From Mycobacteriales bacterium (GTDB lineage: Bacteria > Actinomycetota > Actinomycetes > JAFAQI01): a DNA stretch of 64,000 nucleotides. Shown piece after piece: positions 42,406 through 52,993 of this stretch; within the stretch, counting starts at the first letter, position 1; each line of letters begins with the position of its first letter. Position numbers and translations under genes: made by a program. Location of the stretch: the NCBI GenBank assembly GCA_036268405.1, contig DATAUF010000130.1:5884-69883 (forward strand), written 5' to 3'. The notes under the pieces are model-generated. The model was not told the origin of the DNA, did no database searches, and was given only the letters and a program-made list of their open reading frames with translations.

Positions 42406-42954
42406 TTACTCGGCGGGGGCTTCGTCGGCGGGCGAAGCTTCCTCGGCGGGGGCTTCGTCGGCGGGCGGAGCTTCCTCGGCTGGAGCCTCTGCCGCCGGGG
42501 CCTCCTCAGCTACGGCCTCGGCAGCGGGGGCTTCCTCGGCTGGAGCCTCGGCAGCGGCTGCTTTCTTCGCGGGGGCCTTCTTCGCGGCGGTCTTCTTGGC
42601 CGGCGCGTCCTCGTGGGTCTCCTTGGCGGCTGCCTCGAACACCGACTTGCGGTCGACCTTCGGTGCTGCGGTGCGGACGCCCTCAGTCGGTGCCGGAAGT
42701 CCCTTGTGCGCCTGCCAGTCGCCGGTCAGCTTCAGGATCGCCGCGACCGGCTCGGTCGGCTGCGCGCCGACCGACAGCCAGTACCGCGCCCGCTCGGAGT
42801 CGACCTCGATGAAGGACGGGTCCGCCTTCGGGTGATACTTGCCGATCGTCTCGATGACGCGGCCGTCACGCTTGGTTCGCGCGTCCGCGACCACGATGCG
42901 GTAGTACGGGGCACGGATCTTGCCGAGCCGCATGAGCCTGATCTTGGTTGCCAC
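42406..42954 (-). CDS. rpsP: 30S ribosomal protein S16 with repetitive Ala/Glu/Pro C-terminal extension
   Basis: [32 protein letters not shown] is canonical. GTG start at 42954 with GGAGAG 9 nt upstream. Confidence 0.93.
   Translation of the reverse strand: MATKIRLMRLGKIRAPYYRIVVADARTKRDGRVIETIGKYHPKADPSFIEVDSERARYWLSVGAQPTEPVAAILKLTGDWQAHKGLPAPTEGVRTAAPKVDRKSVFEAAAKETHEDAPAKKTAAKKAPAKKAAAAEAPAEEAPAAEAVAEEAPAAEAPAEEAPPADEAPAEEASPADEAPAE
42409..42474 (-). repeat. In-frame 33-nt tandem duplication inside the rpsP C-terminal extension
   Basis: Units 42409-42441 and 42442-42474 differ at one base and encode EEA(S/P)PADEAPA repeats. Further degenerate copies follow. Confidence 0.85.
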
Positions 42955-43031
42955 GAGGCGATGCTCTCCAAAGCCGATTCAAAGTTGTTGGTTCGAGGCG
43001 CGAACGTTCACGCGCACCGCGACGGAGGAGT

Positions 43032-43451
43032 CTACCCGGCCGGGAGCGAGCCTGCTTTCCAGATGTCCCGCAAGGCCCACGGCATGATGATGAACAACCA
43101 GATTCCGACCCCGACGATGCACGGGATGATGCCAACAACCGTTCCGACGATCATCGGCGGCAGTGGGATAAGTAGCGCGACGGTCCAGGAGACCCGACCG
43201 ATCGGGCCGAACGTGGTCGTCGTCTTGCGCCAGCGGGTCCGGACCGTCGGCGGGGCGGGTCGCGCGAACACCTGCTGGCGGTTGCCGGACATGATCGAGA
43301 ACTCGCTCGCCGGACCGGCAGCAGAAGGCCCCGCGGCCGGCATGACGGGCGCCGAGACGGGCGTCTGAGCGGCACCACGCGGCAGGAAGCACTGTCCGCA
43401 CCAGGTCGCCGCCGCGGCCAACACCGCGCCACACCCGCCGCACTGCTCCAC
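43032..43451 (-). CDS. Hypothetical zinc-ribbon membrane protein
   Basis: N-terminal CGGC-x11-CGQC, Pro/Ala linker, and two C-terminal hydrophobic helices (VSWTVALLIPLPPMIVGTVVGIIPCIVGVGIWLFIIMPW). GC3-rich, and chosen over two overlapping alternative frames. Confidence 0.6.
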   Translation of the reverse strand: MEQCGGCGAVLAAAATWCGQCFLPRGAAQTPVSAPVMPAAGPSAAGPASEFSIMSGNRQQVFARPAPPTVRTRWRKTTTTFGPIGRVSWTVALLIPLPPMIVGTVVGIIPCIVGVGIWLFIIMPWALRDIWKAGSLPAG

Positions 43452-43483
43452 GCCGGGGATATCGGCCGGTGTGCCCGCCCGCT

Positions 43484-44983
43484 TCAGTCCGTGCCGGGAA
43501 GCTTCAGGTTCGACAGATCGGGCGCGAGGCCAGGTGGCAGCTTCATCCCCGGTGGCAGGCCGAGTCCCTGCGTTGCATTGAAACCCGGTGGCATTGCGCC
43601 GGATCGGGCCGGGCCGCGACCCCGCTTCGAGCCGCCCTTCTTGCCGCCCTTGCGCGACGAGGGGCGTCGGGCTCCCGGAAGTCCGCCGGTCATCTGCTTC
43701 ATCATCTTGCGCGCGTCGTAGAAGCGCTCGACCAGCCGGTTGACCTCGGTGACGGTCGTGCCCGACCCTTTCGAGATTCGCAGCCGACGAGAGCCGTTGA
43801 GGATCTTCGGATCCTGCCGCTCCGCGGGAGTCATCGACCGGATGATCGCCGCGATCCGATCGAGATCACGGTCGTCGATGGAGGCGATCGCCTCCTTCAT
43901 CTGTCCCATTCCGGGCAGCATCCCGAGCAGATTGCCGATTGGGCCCATCTTCCTGACCATCATCATCTGCTCGAGAAAGTCCTCGAGGGTCAGGTCGCCG
44001 CCGCCGAGCATCTTCTCGGTCATCCGCTCGGCTTCGCCGGCGTCGAATGTCTGCTCAGCCTGCTCGATCAGGGTGAGCATGTCCCCCATCCCGAGAATGC
44101 GTGACGCCATGCGCTCGGGGTGGAAGACGTCGAAGTCGGAGAGCTTCTCGCCGGTTGACGCGAACATGATCGGCCGGCCCGTGACCTTGGCGACCGACAG
44201 CGCGGCGCCACCACGGGCATCGCCGTCAAGCTTGGTCAGCACGACGCCGGTGAACCCGACACCGTCCCGGAAGGCCTCAGCTGTCGTGACCGCGTCCTGG
44301 CCGATCATCGCGTCGACGACGAAGAGCGTCTCTTCCGGCGACACCGCGTCGCGGATCGCCGCGGCTTGCGCCATCATCTCGGCGTCGATGCCGAGTCGAC
44401 CCGCCGTGTCGACGACGACGACGTCGTGACCCAAGCGCCGCGCGTGCTCGATCGCAGCCCGGGCGACCTCGACGGGATCCCCGATGCCGTTGCCGGGTTC
44501 CGGTGCGAACACGTCAACGCCGGCTTGTGACCCGACGACACGCAGCTGGTCAACCGCGTTGGGCCGCTGGAGATCCGCCGCCACCAGGAGTGGTGCGTGC
44601 CGCTGCTGTTTGAGCCAGCGGCCGAGCTTGCCGGCAAGCGTGGTCTTTCCGGTCCCTTGCAGACCCGCGAGCATCACCACGGTGGGTGACACCTTCGCGA
44701 GCGTCAGCGGTCGCGTCTCACCACCGAGGATGCCGACAAGCTCCTCGTTGACGATCTTGATGACCTGCTGAGCCGGGTTGAGCGCCTGGCTGACCGCAAC
44801 GCCCCGCGCGCGCTCCTTGATCGCGGCGATGAAGTCCTTGACGACAGGCAGCGCGACATCGGCCTCGAGCAACGCGATGCGGATCTCGCGGGCCGTAGCG
44901 TCGATGTCAGCCTCGGACAGCCGCCCCTTGCCACGCAGCGTGCTGAAGGCCGACTCGAGCCGGTCGGAGAGGGTGTCGAACAT
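43484..44983 (-). CDS. ffh: Signal recognition particle protein
   Basis: GLQGTGKTT, DTAGR, and a Met-rich M-domain with a basic tail. Confidence 0.93.
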   Translation of the reverse strand: MFDTLSDRLESAFSTLRGKGRLSEADIDATAREIRIALLEADVALPVVKDFIAAIKERARGVAVSQALNPAQQVIKIVNEELVGILGGETRPLTLAKVSPTVVMLAGLQGTGKTTLAGKLGRWLKQQRHAPLLVAADLQRPNAVDQLRVVGSQAGVDVFAPEPGNGIGDPVEVARAAIEHARRLGHDVVVVDTAGRLGIDAEMMAQAAAIRDAVSPEETLFVVDAMIGQDAVTTAEAFRDGVGFTGVVLTKLDGDARGGAALSVAKVTGRPIMFASTGEKLSDFDVFHPERMASRILGMGDMLTLIEQAEQTFDAGEAERMTEKMLGGGDLTLEDFLEQMMMVRKMGPIGNLLGMLPGMGQMKEAIASIDDRDLDRIAAIIRSMTPAERQDPKILNGSRRLRISKGSGTTVTEVNRLVERFYDARKMMKQMTGGLPGARRPSSRKGGKKGGSKRGRGPARSGAMPPGFNATQGLGLPPGMKLPPGLAPDLSNLKLPGTD

Positions 44984-44994
44984 TGCCCGTCAGG

Positions 44995-46785
44995 CTACGT
45001 TGCGGCGAGCTCCGGGGCTGTGGTGATCTCGATGCCCGCACCGGCGTACGTCGCCTCGATGACGTCGCCGTAGCGCGCCAGGACGCCGCGCCGTTTCAGC
45101 TTCATCGTCGGCGTCAGCACGTCGGAGTCAGGCAGCCAGTCATCGTCGAGGATGACCACCCGACGCGGCTGCTCGACCCTCGAGAGCCGCTGGTTGCCCA
45201 CCGCGACGCCCTCGGCAACTTCCGCGACGACCTCGGGATCATCCGCAAGCTCGGCGATCGCCCGCCCCGGGTAGCGCGCGGCAACCGCGTCGGGGTCCAG
45301 GGTGAGCAGCGCGATCAGGTACGGACGGGAATCTCCGATCGCCATTGCCTGTCCGACCAGCGGAACGGTCTTCAACACGGCTTCGACGTTGGCCGGCGAG
45401 ACGTTCTTGCCACCGGCGGTGATGATCAGCTCCTTCTTGCGGTCGACGATCTTGAGATAGCCGTCGGCGTCGAACTCCCCGATGTCACCGCTGTGCAGCC
45501 ACCCGTCGGCGTCGAGCGCCTCCGCCGTCCGTTCGGGATCGTCGAGATAGCCGGTGAAGACGATCGGGCCGCGGCAGAGCACCTCGCCGTCGTCTGCGGT
45601 CCTGACCTCGACGCCGGGGTACGCCCGACCCACCCTGCCCGGCTTGACCAGGTACGGATCCCAGGTCATGCCACCGCAGTTCTCGCTCATTCCGTATACC
45701 TCGCTCATCGGCAGCCCGATGTCGCGCAGGAAGTCGATGACCTCAGGCGGCACTGGCGCCGCTCCGGAGAAGACGTACTCACACTCATCGAGCCCGACCG
45801 CGGCGCGGATGGGCGCGAAGACCATCGCGTCCACGAAGTCCCAGGTTTCGGAGAGCTCACCGCTGGGCTCCTCGCCACGAGCTCGCAGCTGCTGCACCTC
45901 ACGCCCGACCCGAAGCGCATCGGCAAACCTCGCCTGCGTCTCGGCATCGCGTCCGGCTACCTGAGCCTGGATTCCGGCGACGATCTTCTCCCAGACCCTT
46001 GGCGGACCGAACAGCGCCGATGGATGGACGGCCAGGAGGTACTCGGTCATGCGGGCGATCTCCGGACACGGCACGACCTGCGATCCGCGAAGGATCGGGC
46101 TGTAGTGCGTGACCATGCGCTCGGCGATGTGTGCCATGGGCAGGTAGGAGATCAGCCGGCGACCCTCGTCGGTGTCCCGCCCGCTGTAGCTGGAGAAGGC
46201 CGTCACCGCCGCAAGCACGTTGGTGTGGCTGAGCATCACGCCTTTTGGCGGACCGGTGGTGCCTGAGGTGTAGATGACCGTGAGCAGGTCGCTCGGATCG
46301 GCCGCTGCCTCCGCCGCGACGAGGTCGACCGGATCGCCGTCAAGCAGCTGCTGCCAAGGCTCGGTTCCCTGCGAGGTGTCGTCGAGAACCACGACGGTCC
46401 TCAGCAGCGAGCACTCCGGAGCCGCAGCAAGCATCCGCTCGGCGAACTCGCCACCATCGACAATCGCGACCTTCGCCTTGCAGTGGTCGACCACATACGC
46501 GATCTGGTCCGGGGATGACGAGTTGTAGACCGAGATCGGAGTCGCGCCTGCCGCGAGGATGCCCATGTCCGCGGCGTGGAACTCCCAGCGGTTGCGCATC
46601 ATCAGCACAACCCGGTCCCCACGACCGACGCCGAGCGCCGCGAGCCCGCCGGCGATGCGTGCCGCACAGTCGGCGTACTCCCGCCAGGTCACCTCGGGCC
46701 CAGCCAGCTCCCGCAAGGCAACGTCGTCGGGCTGGCGCTCGACGGTGCGAAGGAATGCGTCGAGCACGGTCCGGGGCGATGTCAT
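44995..46785 (-). CDS. AMP-dependent acyl-CoA synthetase/ligase (long-chain fatty-acid-CoA ligase-like)
   Basis: YTSGTTGPPKG AMP-binding motif. ATG 46785 (MTSPRTVLDAF) is preferred over the track start 46848. Confidence 0.85.
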   Translation of the reverse strand: MTSPRTVLDAFLRTVERQPDDVALRELAGPEVTWREYADCAARIAGGLAALGVGRGDRVVLMMRNRWEFHAADMGILAAGATPISVYNSSSPDQIAYVVDHCKAKVAIVDGGEFAERMLAAAPECSLLRTVVVLDDTSQGTEPWQQLLDGDPVDLVAAEAAADPSDLLTVIYTSGTTGPPKGVMLSHTNVLAAVTAFSSYSGRDTDEGRRLISYLPMAHIAERMVTHYSPILRGSQVVPCPEIARMTEYLLAVHPSALFGPPRVWEKIVAGIQAQVAGRDAETQARFADALRVGREVQQLRARGEEPSGELSETWDFVDAMVFAPIRAAVGLDECEYVFSGAAPVPPEVIDFLRDIGLPMSEVYGMSENCGGMTWDPYLVKPGRVGRAYPGVEVRTADDGEVLCRGPIVFTGYLDDPERTAEALDADGWLHSGDIGEFDADGYLKIVDRKKELIITAGGKNVSPANVEAVLKTVPLVGQAMAIGDSRPYLIALLTLDPDAVAARYPGRAIAELADDPEVVAEVAEGVAVGNQRLSRVEQPRRVVILDDDWLPDSDVLTPTMKLKRRGVLARYGDVIEATYAGAGIEITTAPELAAT

Positions 46786-46834
46786 GCGCCGAACCGTACG
46801 ACGCACAATGCCAGTGTGACGAGAGAGGTAGGCG

Positions 46835-47377
46835 ATGGGTGAAATCAACAGGGCGGCGTGGCAGGCGCGCTATCCGGACCTGACCGGCAAGGTGGCCGTC
46901 GTCACCGGCACGTCGAGTGTGCTGGTCCACGTGATGCGTGAGCTATGCCGCAACCGCGTGACGACTGCGCTGGTGGTCGAGGACCGGGCGCTGGTCAGCG
47001 CTGCAACCGACTACGCCGACGAGCTCGACCTCGCCTCGCTCGGGATCGTCGCGGACCCGTCGCAGCGCGAAACCTGGACGCGAATCGCTCCGCACATCGA
47101 GCAGCGGCTCGGGCCGATCGACATCGCGGTGGTCATCGCCCCGGAAGCAACCCGGATGCTCGTGGCGACCGTACTGATGCCGGACATGGCGGCTCGCCGG
47201 CACGGCGTGATCGTCGAAGCTGGAGCCAAGGTCGCGGCGCGCGACATGCCAGATGGACTGCGCCATCGGTCCGTCACAGGCGGGCCAGGCGCGTCCCCCA
47301 CCGATCTGGCAGCCGCGGTGACTCTGTGCGCGAGCGATGTCCTCACTGCCTCGCGGGTCGCCATCGTGCTGGACTAA
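46835..47377 (+). CDS. Truncated/degenerate SDR-like protein
   Basis: GKVAVVTGTSS Rossmann remnant and SDR-like C-terminus (LCASDVLTASRVAIVLD). Only 180 aa, with no recognisable S...YxxxK catalytic segment. Confidence 0.5.
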   Translation: MGEINRAAWQARYPDLTGKVAVVTGTSSVLVHVMRELCRNRVTTALVVEDRALVSAATDYADELDLASLGIVADPSQRETWTRIAPHIEQRLGPIDIAVVIAPEATRMLVATVLMPDMAARRHGVIVEAGAKVAARDMPDGLRHRSVTGGPGASPTDLAAAVTLCASDVLTASRVAIVLD

Positions 47378-49671
47378 CAGGCTGCGAGTAGCGCCGCCTC
47401 GATCTCGTCACGACGGCCATGATCGTCGATCGTGGCGCCCTCTCCGTCAACGACGTAGAACGCGTCTACGCACTCAGCGCCAAGCGTTTGGATCCGGGCA
47501 GACCGCACATCGAGCCCCTCGTCCGCGAGCACCTTGGTGAGTCGGTGCAGCAGTCCCTCCGAGTCATGCGTCCGCAGCTCGACGATCGTCGAGTGGTGCG
47601 ACTCGTCGTCGAACCACAGCACGAGCGGCGGGGCAATCGACGGAGGTGCCGCGGCGGCGTAGGTCCGCTCGCGTTCCTGCAGCCGCTCTTCGATGGGCAG
47701 CATGTCGTCGTACGCCCGCCGCACGTCGGCGGCGATCGCTTCCACGTCGGGAAGCGATCCGAACTTCGGCGCGACCTCGAGCGTGGTGATCGCCATCCGG
47801 CCCGCGGTGGTCGACATCGACGTCGCCGTCGCCGACCGGATCGCGAGGCGGTGCAGGGCGGCAACACCGGCCCACCGGGACATCAGTCCCGGCCGGTCGG
47901 GCGCGACGATCGTGAGCTGGGAACCCATAAGCTCGACCGCGAGCTCGCCGCCTTCCGCAAGCGCACGTTGCTCCGCCGTGATCGTCTCGAACTCCGCAAG
48001 CCGCTGGCCGGCGACAGCCGCCGATGCACGACGCACCAACTCAGCGATCAAGCCCCCCTTCCACTCGCTCCACGCCGCAGGACCGGTCGCCGCGGCGTCA
48101 GCCTCGGTGAGCGCATGCAACAGCTCGAGTGTCTCCACATCGCGCACTGCCCGAGTGACGATCTCGATCGTCGCGGGATCGTTCAGATCGCGCCGGGTTG
48201 CGGTATCAGGCAGCAACAGGTGGTGATGGACAAGCGCGGTGACCGTCGTCACGTCCTCTTCAGGGAGACCGATGCGTCGCGCGATCCCGGGGACCCGCTC
48301 GACACCGGCGTCTGTGTGGTCACCCGGAAAGCCCTTGCCGATGTCGTGGAACAGCGCGCCGAGCAGGAGCAGGTCCGGGCGAGCAACGCGTCGTGTGAGA
48401 GCTGAGGCTTCAACCGCGGCCTCGATCAGATGGCGGTCGACGGTGAAACGATGGACTGGGTTGTGCTGGGGCTTGCACCGCACTGCTTCCCACTCCGGGA
48501 TGAGCCGGACGAGCATCCCGGCCTGGTCGAGCGCCTCCAACACTGCGACCGCCGGGCGGCCCGCGCCGAGCGTCGCGATGAGCGCGTCTCGAGCCGCAGC
48601 CGGCCACGGCTCCGGCAGCGGTGCCGACTCCTCAGCCAGTCGGCTCGCAACGCTGGTGGCAATCGGCAGGTTCGCCTGCGCTGCTGCCGCCGCGACCCGC
48701 AGTGCCAGCACCGGGTCAGCAGCAGGATTTGCTTCGCGGGCGAGATGCACCTCGCCGTCCTGCTCGACCACGCCGTCGGCAAGCGGCCGGCGGCTGACCG
48801 CCGAGCTGCGTCGGCCCCAGCGGCGCGGCGGCCGGCTCGCGGTCATCGCCCGGCGACACGCCTCGTCCGTGGCAAAGGCGATCGTGCGACCCGCCTCGAA
48901 GACTCGGCGCATGAGCTCGTCGGGATCGTCGATGCCGAGCGCGTTCGCAACCGGAATCTGTTCCTGCGCGATCAGCCGATCACTGGCGCGCGCCGCTCGT
49001 CGATGCAACTCGCCGCGGACGTCGAGCAGCCACTGGTAGGCATCGCGAACCGGCGCGCCGGGGGCGTCGGCGACCCAAGCCGCGGCGATCGCCGTGATGG
49101 CGTGGACGTCGCGAATCCCGCCGCGGGCATCCTTGAGGTCGGGCTCCAGCAGGAAGGCGAGCTCACCTACCCGTTCACCTCGCTCCCGGACGGCCGCGAC
49201 AAGCTCCGGCAGGCGTCGCCGGGAATCCCGCCGCCAGGTTTCGAACACTCGATCGCGCAGCGTGGACGTCATGGCCGCGTCACCCGCAACATGGCGAAGG
49301 TCGAGCAGACCGAGCATTGCCTTGAGGTCGTCGTGGGCGACGCTGATCGCGCCCTCGACAGTGCGGACCGAGTGATCGAGCCCTACTCCTGAGTCCCAGA
49401 TCGGGTACCAGATCGAGTTCGCCAGCTCATCGACGTCGATGCCGTCCTGGTGCAGCAACACCAGGTCCAGATCGCTGCCGACTGCCGGCTCGCGGCGGCC
49501 GTAGCCTCCGACCGCGACCAGCGCCACGCCCGTCCCATCTCCCAGACGCGCGACCAGCCACCGGTCCGCGACATCTGTCAGCGCCTCTCGGAGACCCTGC
49601 CCGGTCAGTCCTTCGGTCGCGACGACTGCGGCGCGCGCCTCACGAAGATCGGCCGAGGGGTCGTCTGACAC
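47374..49671 (-). CDS. glnD: [Protein-PII] uridylyl/adenylyl-transferase
   Basis: 765 aa with a nucleotidyltransferase N-domain (GGYGRREP), an HD domain (LFHDIGKG) and C-terminal ACT repeats. Confidence 0.9.
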   Translation of the reverse strand: MSDDPSADLREARAAVVATEGLTGQGLREALTDVADRWLVARLGDGTGVALVAVGGYGRREPAVGSDLDLVLLHQDGIDVDELANSIWYPIWDSGVGLDHSVRTVEGAISVAHDDLKAMLGLLDLRHVAGDAAMTSTLRDRVFETWRRDSRRRLPELVAAVRERGERVGELAFLLEPDLKDARGGIRDVHAITAIAAAWVADAPGAPVRDAYQWLLDVRGELHRRAARASDRLIAQEQIPVANALGIDDPDELMRRVFEAGRTIAFATDEACRRAMTASRPPRRWGRRSSAVSRRPLADGVVEQDGEVHLAREANPAADPVLALRVAAAAAQANLPIATSVASRLAEESAPLPEPWPAAARDALIATLGAGRPAVAVLEALDQAGMLVRLIPEWEAVRCKPQHNPVHRFTVDRHLIEAAVEASALTRRVARPDLLLLGALFHDIGKGFPGDHTDAGVERVPGIARRIGLPEEDVTTVTALVHHHLLLPDTATRRDLNDPATIEIVTRAVRDVETLELLHALTEADAAATGPAAWSEWKGGLIAELVRRASAAVAGQRLAEFETITAEQRALAEGGELAVELMGSQLTIVAPDRPGLMSRWAGVAALHRLAIRSATATSMSTTAGRMAITTLEVAPKFGSLPDVEAIAADVRRAYDDMLPIEERLQERERTYAAAAPPSIAPPLVLWFDDESHHSTIVELRTHDSEGLLHRLTKVLADEGLDVRSARIQTLGAECVDAFYVVDGEGATIDDHGRRDEIEAALLAAC

Positions 49672-49676
49672 GAGCG

Positions 49677-50939
49677 CTACGAACCGATCCGAGTCGCATG
49701 CACGCTGCCGAACTCGTATGCGGACTCGGCATGGATCGTGGCATCGAGCCCTTGCACCTCATCGCTCTCATCAACCCGCAAGCCGATCGTTCGCTGCACC
49801 GCGGTGGCGATCAGCCAGGACATGGTGAAGGCCCAGCCAATCGTCACAACCACAGCCAGCACCTGCACCCCGAGCAGGTGGGCGCTGCCGCCGTCGATGA
49901 GGCCGTCGAAGCGGATGGCAGGGTCCACCGCAGTGCTGGCGAAGACTCCGACGAGCAGTGTCCCAACGATGCCGGCCGCTCCGTGGACGCCGACGACGTC
50001 GAGGGCGTCGTCGTAGCCGCCGCGATGCTTCATGTTCACGGCGAACAGCGCCACGACACCACCAGCAGCGCCGATCACGATCGCGGCCATGCTGTTGACG
50101 AAGCCTGCGGCCGGCGTGATTGCGACCAATCCCGCGACCGCGCCCGACGCCGCGCCCAGCGTCGTGGCGTGCCCGGTCCGCCACTTCTCCAGACCGCACC
50201 ACGCGAGCAGTCCGGCACAGGCCGCGAGCTGGGTGCCGACCAGCGCCTGCGCGGCGAGTGCGCCGGAGGACAGTGCCGACCCCGCGTTGAAGCCAAACCA
50301 GCCGAACCACAGGATGCCGGCTCCGAGCATCGTGAACGGCAACGAGTGCGGTGCGATGACCTCGCGCGGCCAGCCGTGGCGCCGGCCGATCACCAGGGCG
50401 ATGGCGAGCGCCGACGCCCCGGAGTCGATCTCGACGACGTTGCCGCCAGCGAAGTCAAGGACGCCGCGATGTGCCAGCCATCCACCGGGCGAGAACACCC
50501 AATGGGCGATCGGCGCATAGACGATCACAACCCAAAGAACCGAGAAGACGAGGAAGCCGCCGAAGCGAGCTCTCTCGGCCACGGTTCCGGTGAGCAACGC
50601 CGCGGTGATGACGGCGAACATCATCTGAAACCCCGCGAATGCCAGCGGGGGGACGGTGAGGTGCAGACCGGGCACCTGCTGGTCGGGATGCGCCAGGCCC
50701 GCAAGGTGGAGAGTGCCGAGCAGACCTCCGCCGGCATCCGGGCCGAACGCCATCGAATACGCGACGAGCGCCCACACAATGCTGACGACTGCGATCGTCG
50801 CGAAGTTGGCGATGATCATGGCGAGCACGTTCTTGGAGCGGATCATGCCGCCGTAGAACAAGGCCAGGCCGGGCGTCATGAACAGGACAAGCCCCGCGCT
50901 GCCCAACACCCAGGCGGTATCCCCCGAATCAACGTGCAC
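49677..50939 (-). CDS. amt: Ammonium transporter (second paralog, downstream of glnK)
   Basis: GTG 50939 gives VHVDSGDTAWVLGSAGLVLFMTPGLALFYGGM, a canonical Amt N-terminus. The track start 51101 adds 54 non-membrane codons overlapping a strong hairpin and the glnK 3' end. Confidence 0.85.
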   Translation of the reverse strand: MHVDSGDTAWVLGSAGLVLFMTPGLALFYGGMIRSKNVLAMIIANFATIAVVSIVWALVAYSMAFGPDAGGGLLGTLHLAGLAHPDQQVPGLHLTVPPLAFAGFQMMFAVITAALLTGTVAERARFGGFLVFSVLWVVIVYAPIAHWVFSPGGWLAHRGVLDFAGGNVVEIDSGASALAIALVIGRRHGWPREVIAPHSLPFTMLGAGILWFGWFGFNAGSALSSGALAAQALVGTQLAACAGLLAWCGLEKWRTGHATTLGAASGAVAGLVAITPAAGFVNSMAAIVIGAAGGVVALFAVNMKHRGGYDDALDVVGVHGAAGIVGTLLVGVFASTAVDPAIRFDGLIDGGSAHLLGVQVLAVVVTIGWAFTMSWLIATAVQRTIGLRVDESDEVQGLDATIHAESAYEFGSVHATRIGS

Positions 50940-50990
50940 GGCGGTGAGCCTAGAGACTCCGAGGAGCCCAGCATCACCGCCGTCGAGAGT

Positions 50991-51073
50991 CGCGCGCCCG
51001 ACATGCGGCCCGGAGCAGCGTTGGACCTGCTTGCACGGTCCACCGCCGCGGAGGGTCGTATGTCGGGCGCGCG
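50991..51073 (-). other. Large RNA hairpin in the glnK-amt spacer (attenuator, processing or terminator-like element)
   Basis: Perfect 14-bp inverted repeat (50991-51004 pairs with 51060-51073), enclosing nested stems GCGGC/GCCGC and GGACC/GGTCC. It begins 12 nt after the glnK stop. No U-tract follows. Confidence 0.45.
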
Positions 51074-51084
51074 GCCCAGTACAA

Positions 51085-52811
<1,727 letters not shown>

Positions 52812-52923
52812 CCCTCCATCGTCTGGTGACAGGCAGTCGGAGTGCGCGACAGGATGACCCGTCGCCCGACCCCTCGTCGATCAGCACTCTGCGGGAGACA
52901 AGTTTCAGCAAGCGACGCGGTGG

Positions 52924-52960
52924 ATTTCGCGAATGTTACGAAGCATTTCCAGCATGTGAC
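52924..52960 (-). promoter_or_regulatory. Candidate GlnR operator (two a-b site pairs) upstream of amtB
   Basis: The minus strand reads GTCAC-n6-GAAAT-n5-GTAAC-n6-GAAAT, about 113-150 nt upstream of the amtB start. This resembles the actinobacterial GlnR box gTnAc-n6-GaAAc. The region is locally AT-richer. Confidence 0.5.
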
Positions 52961-52993
52961 ACATGCCGCCCGACTCGGTCAGGCTCTGCCAAC

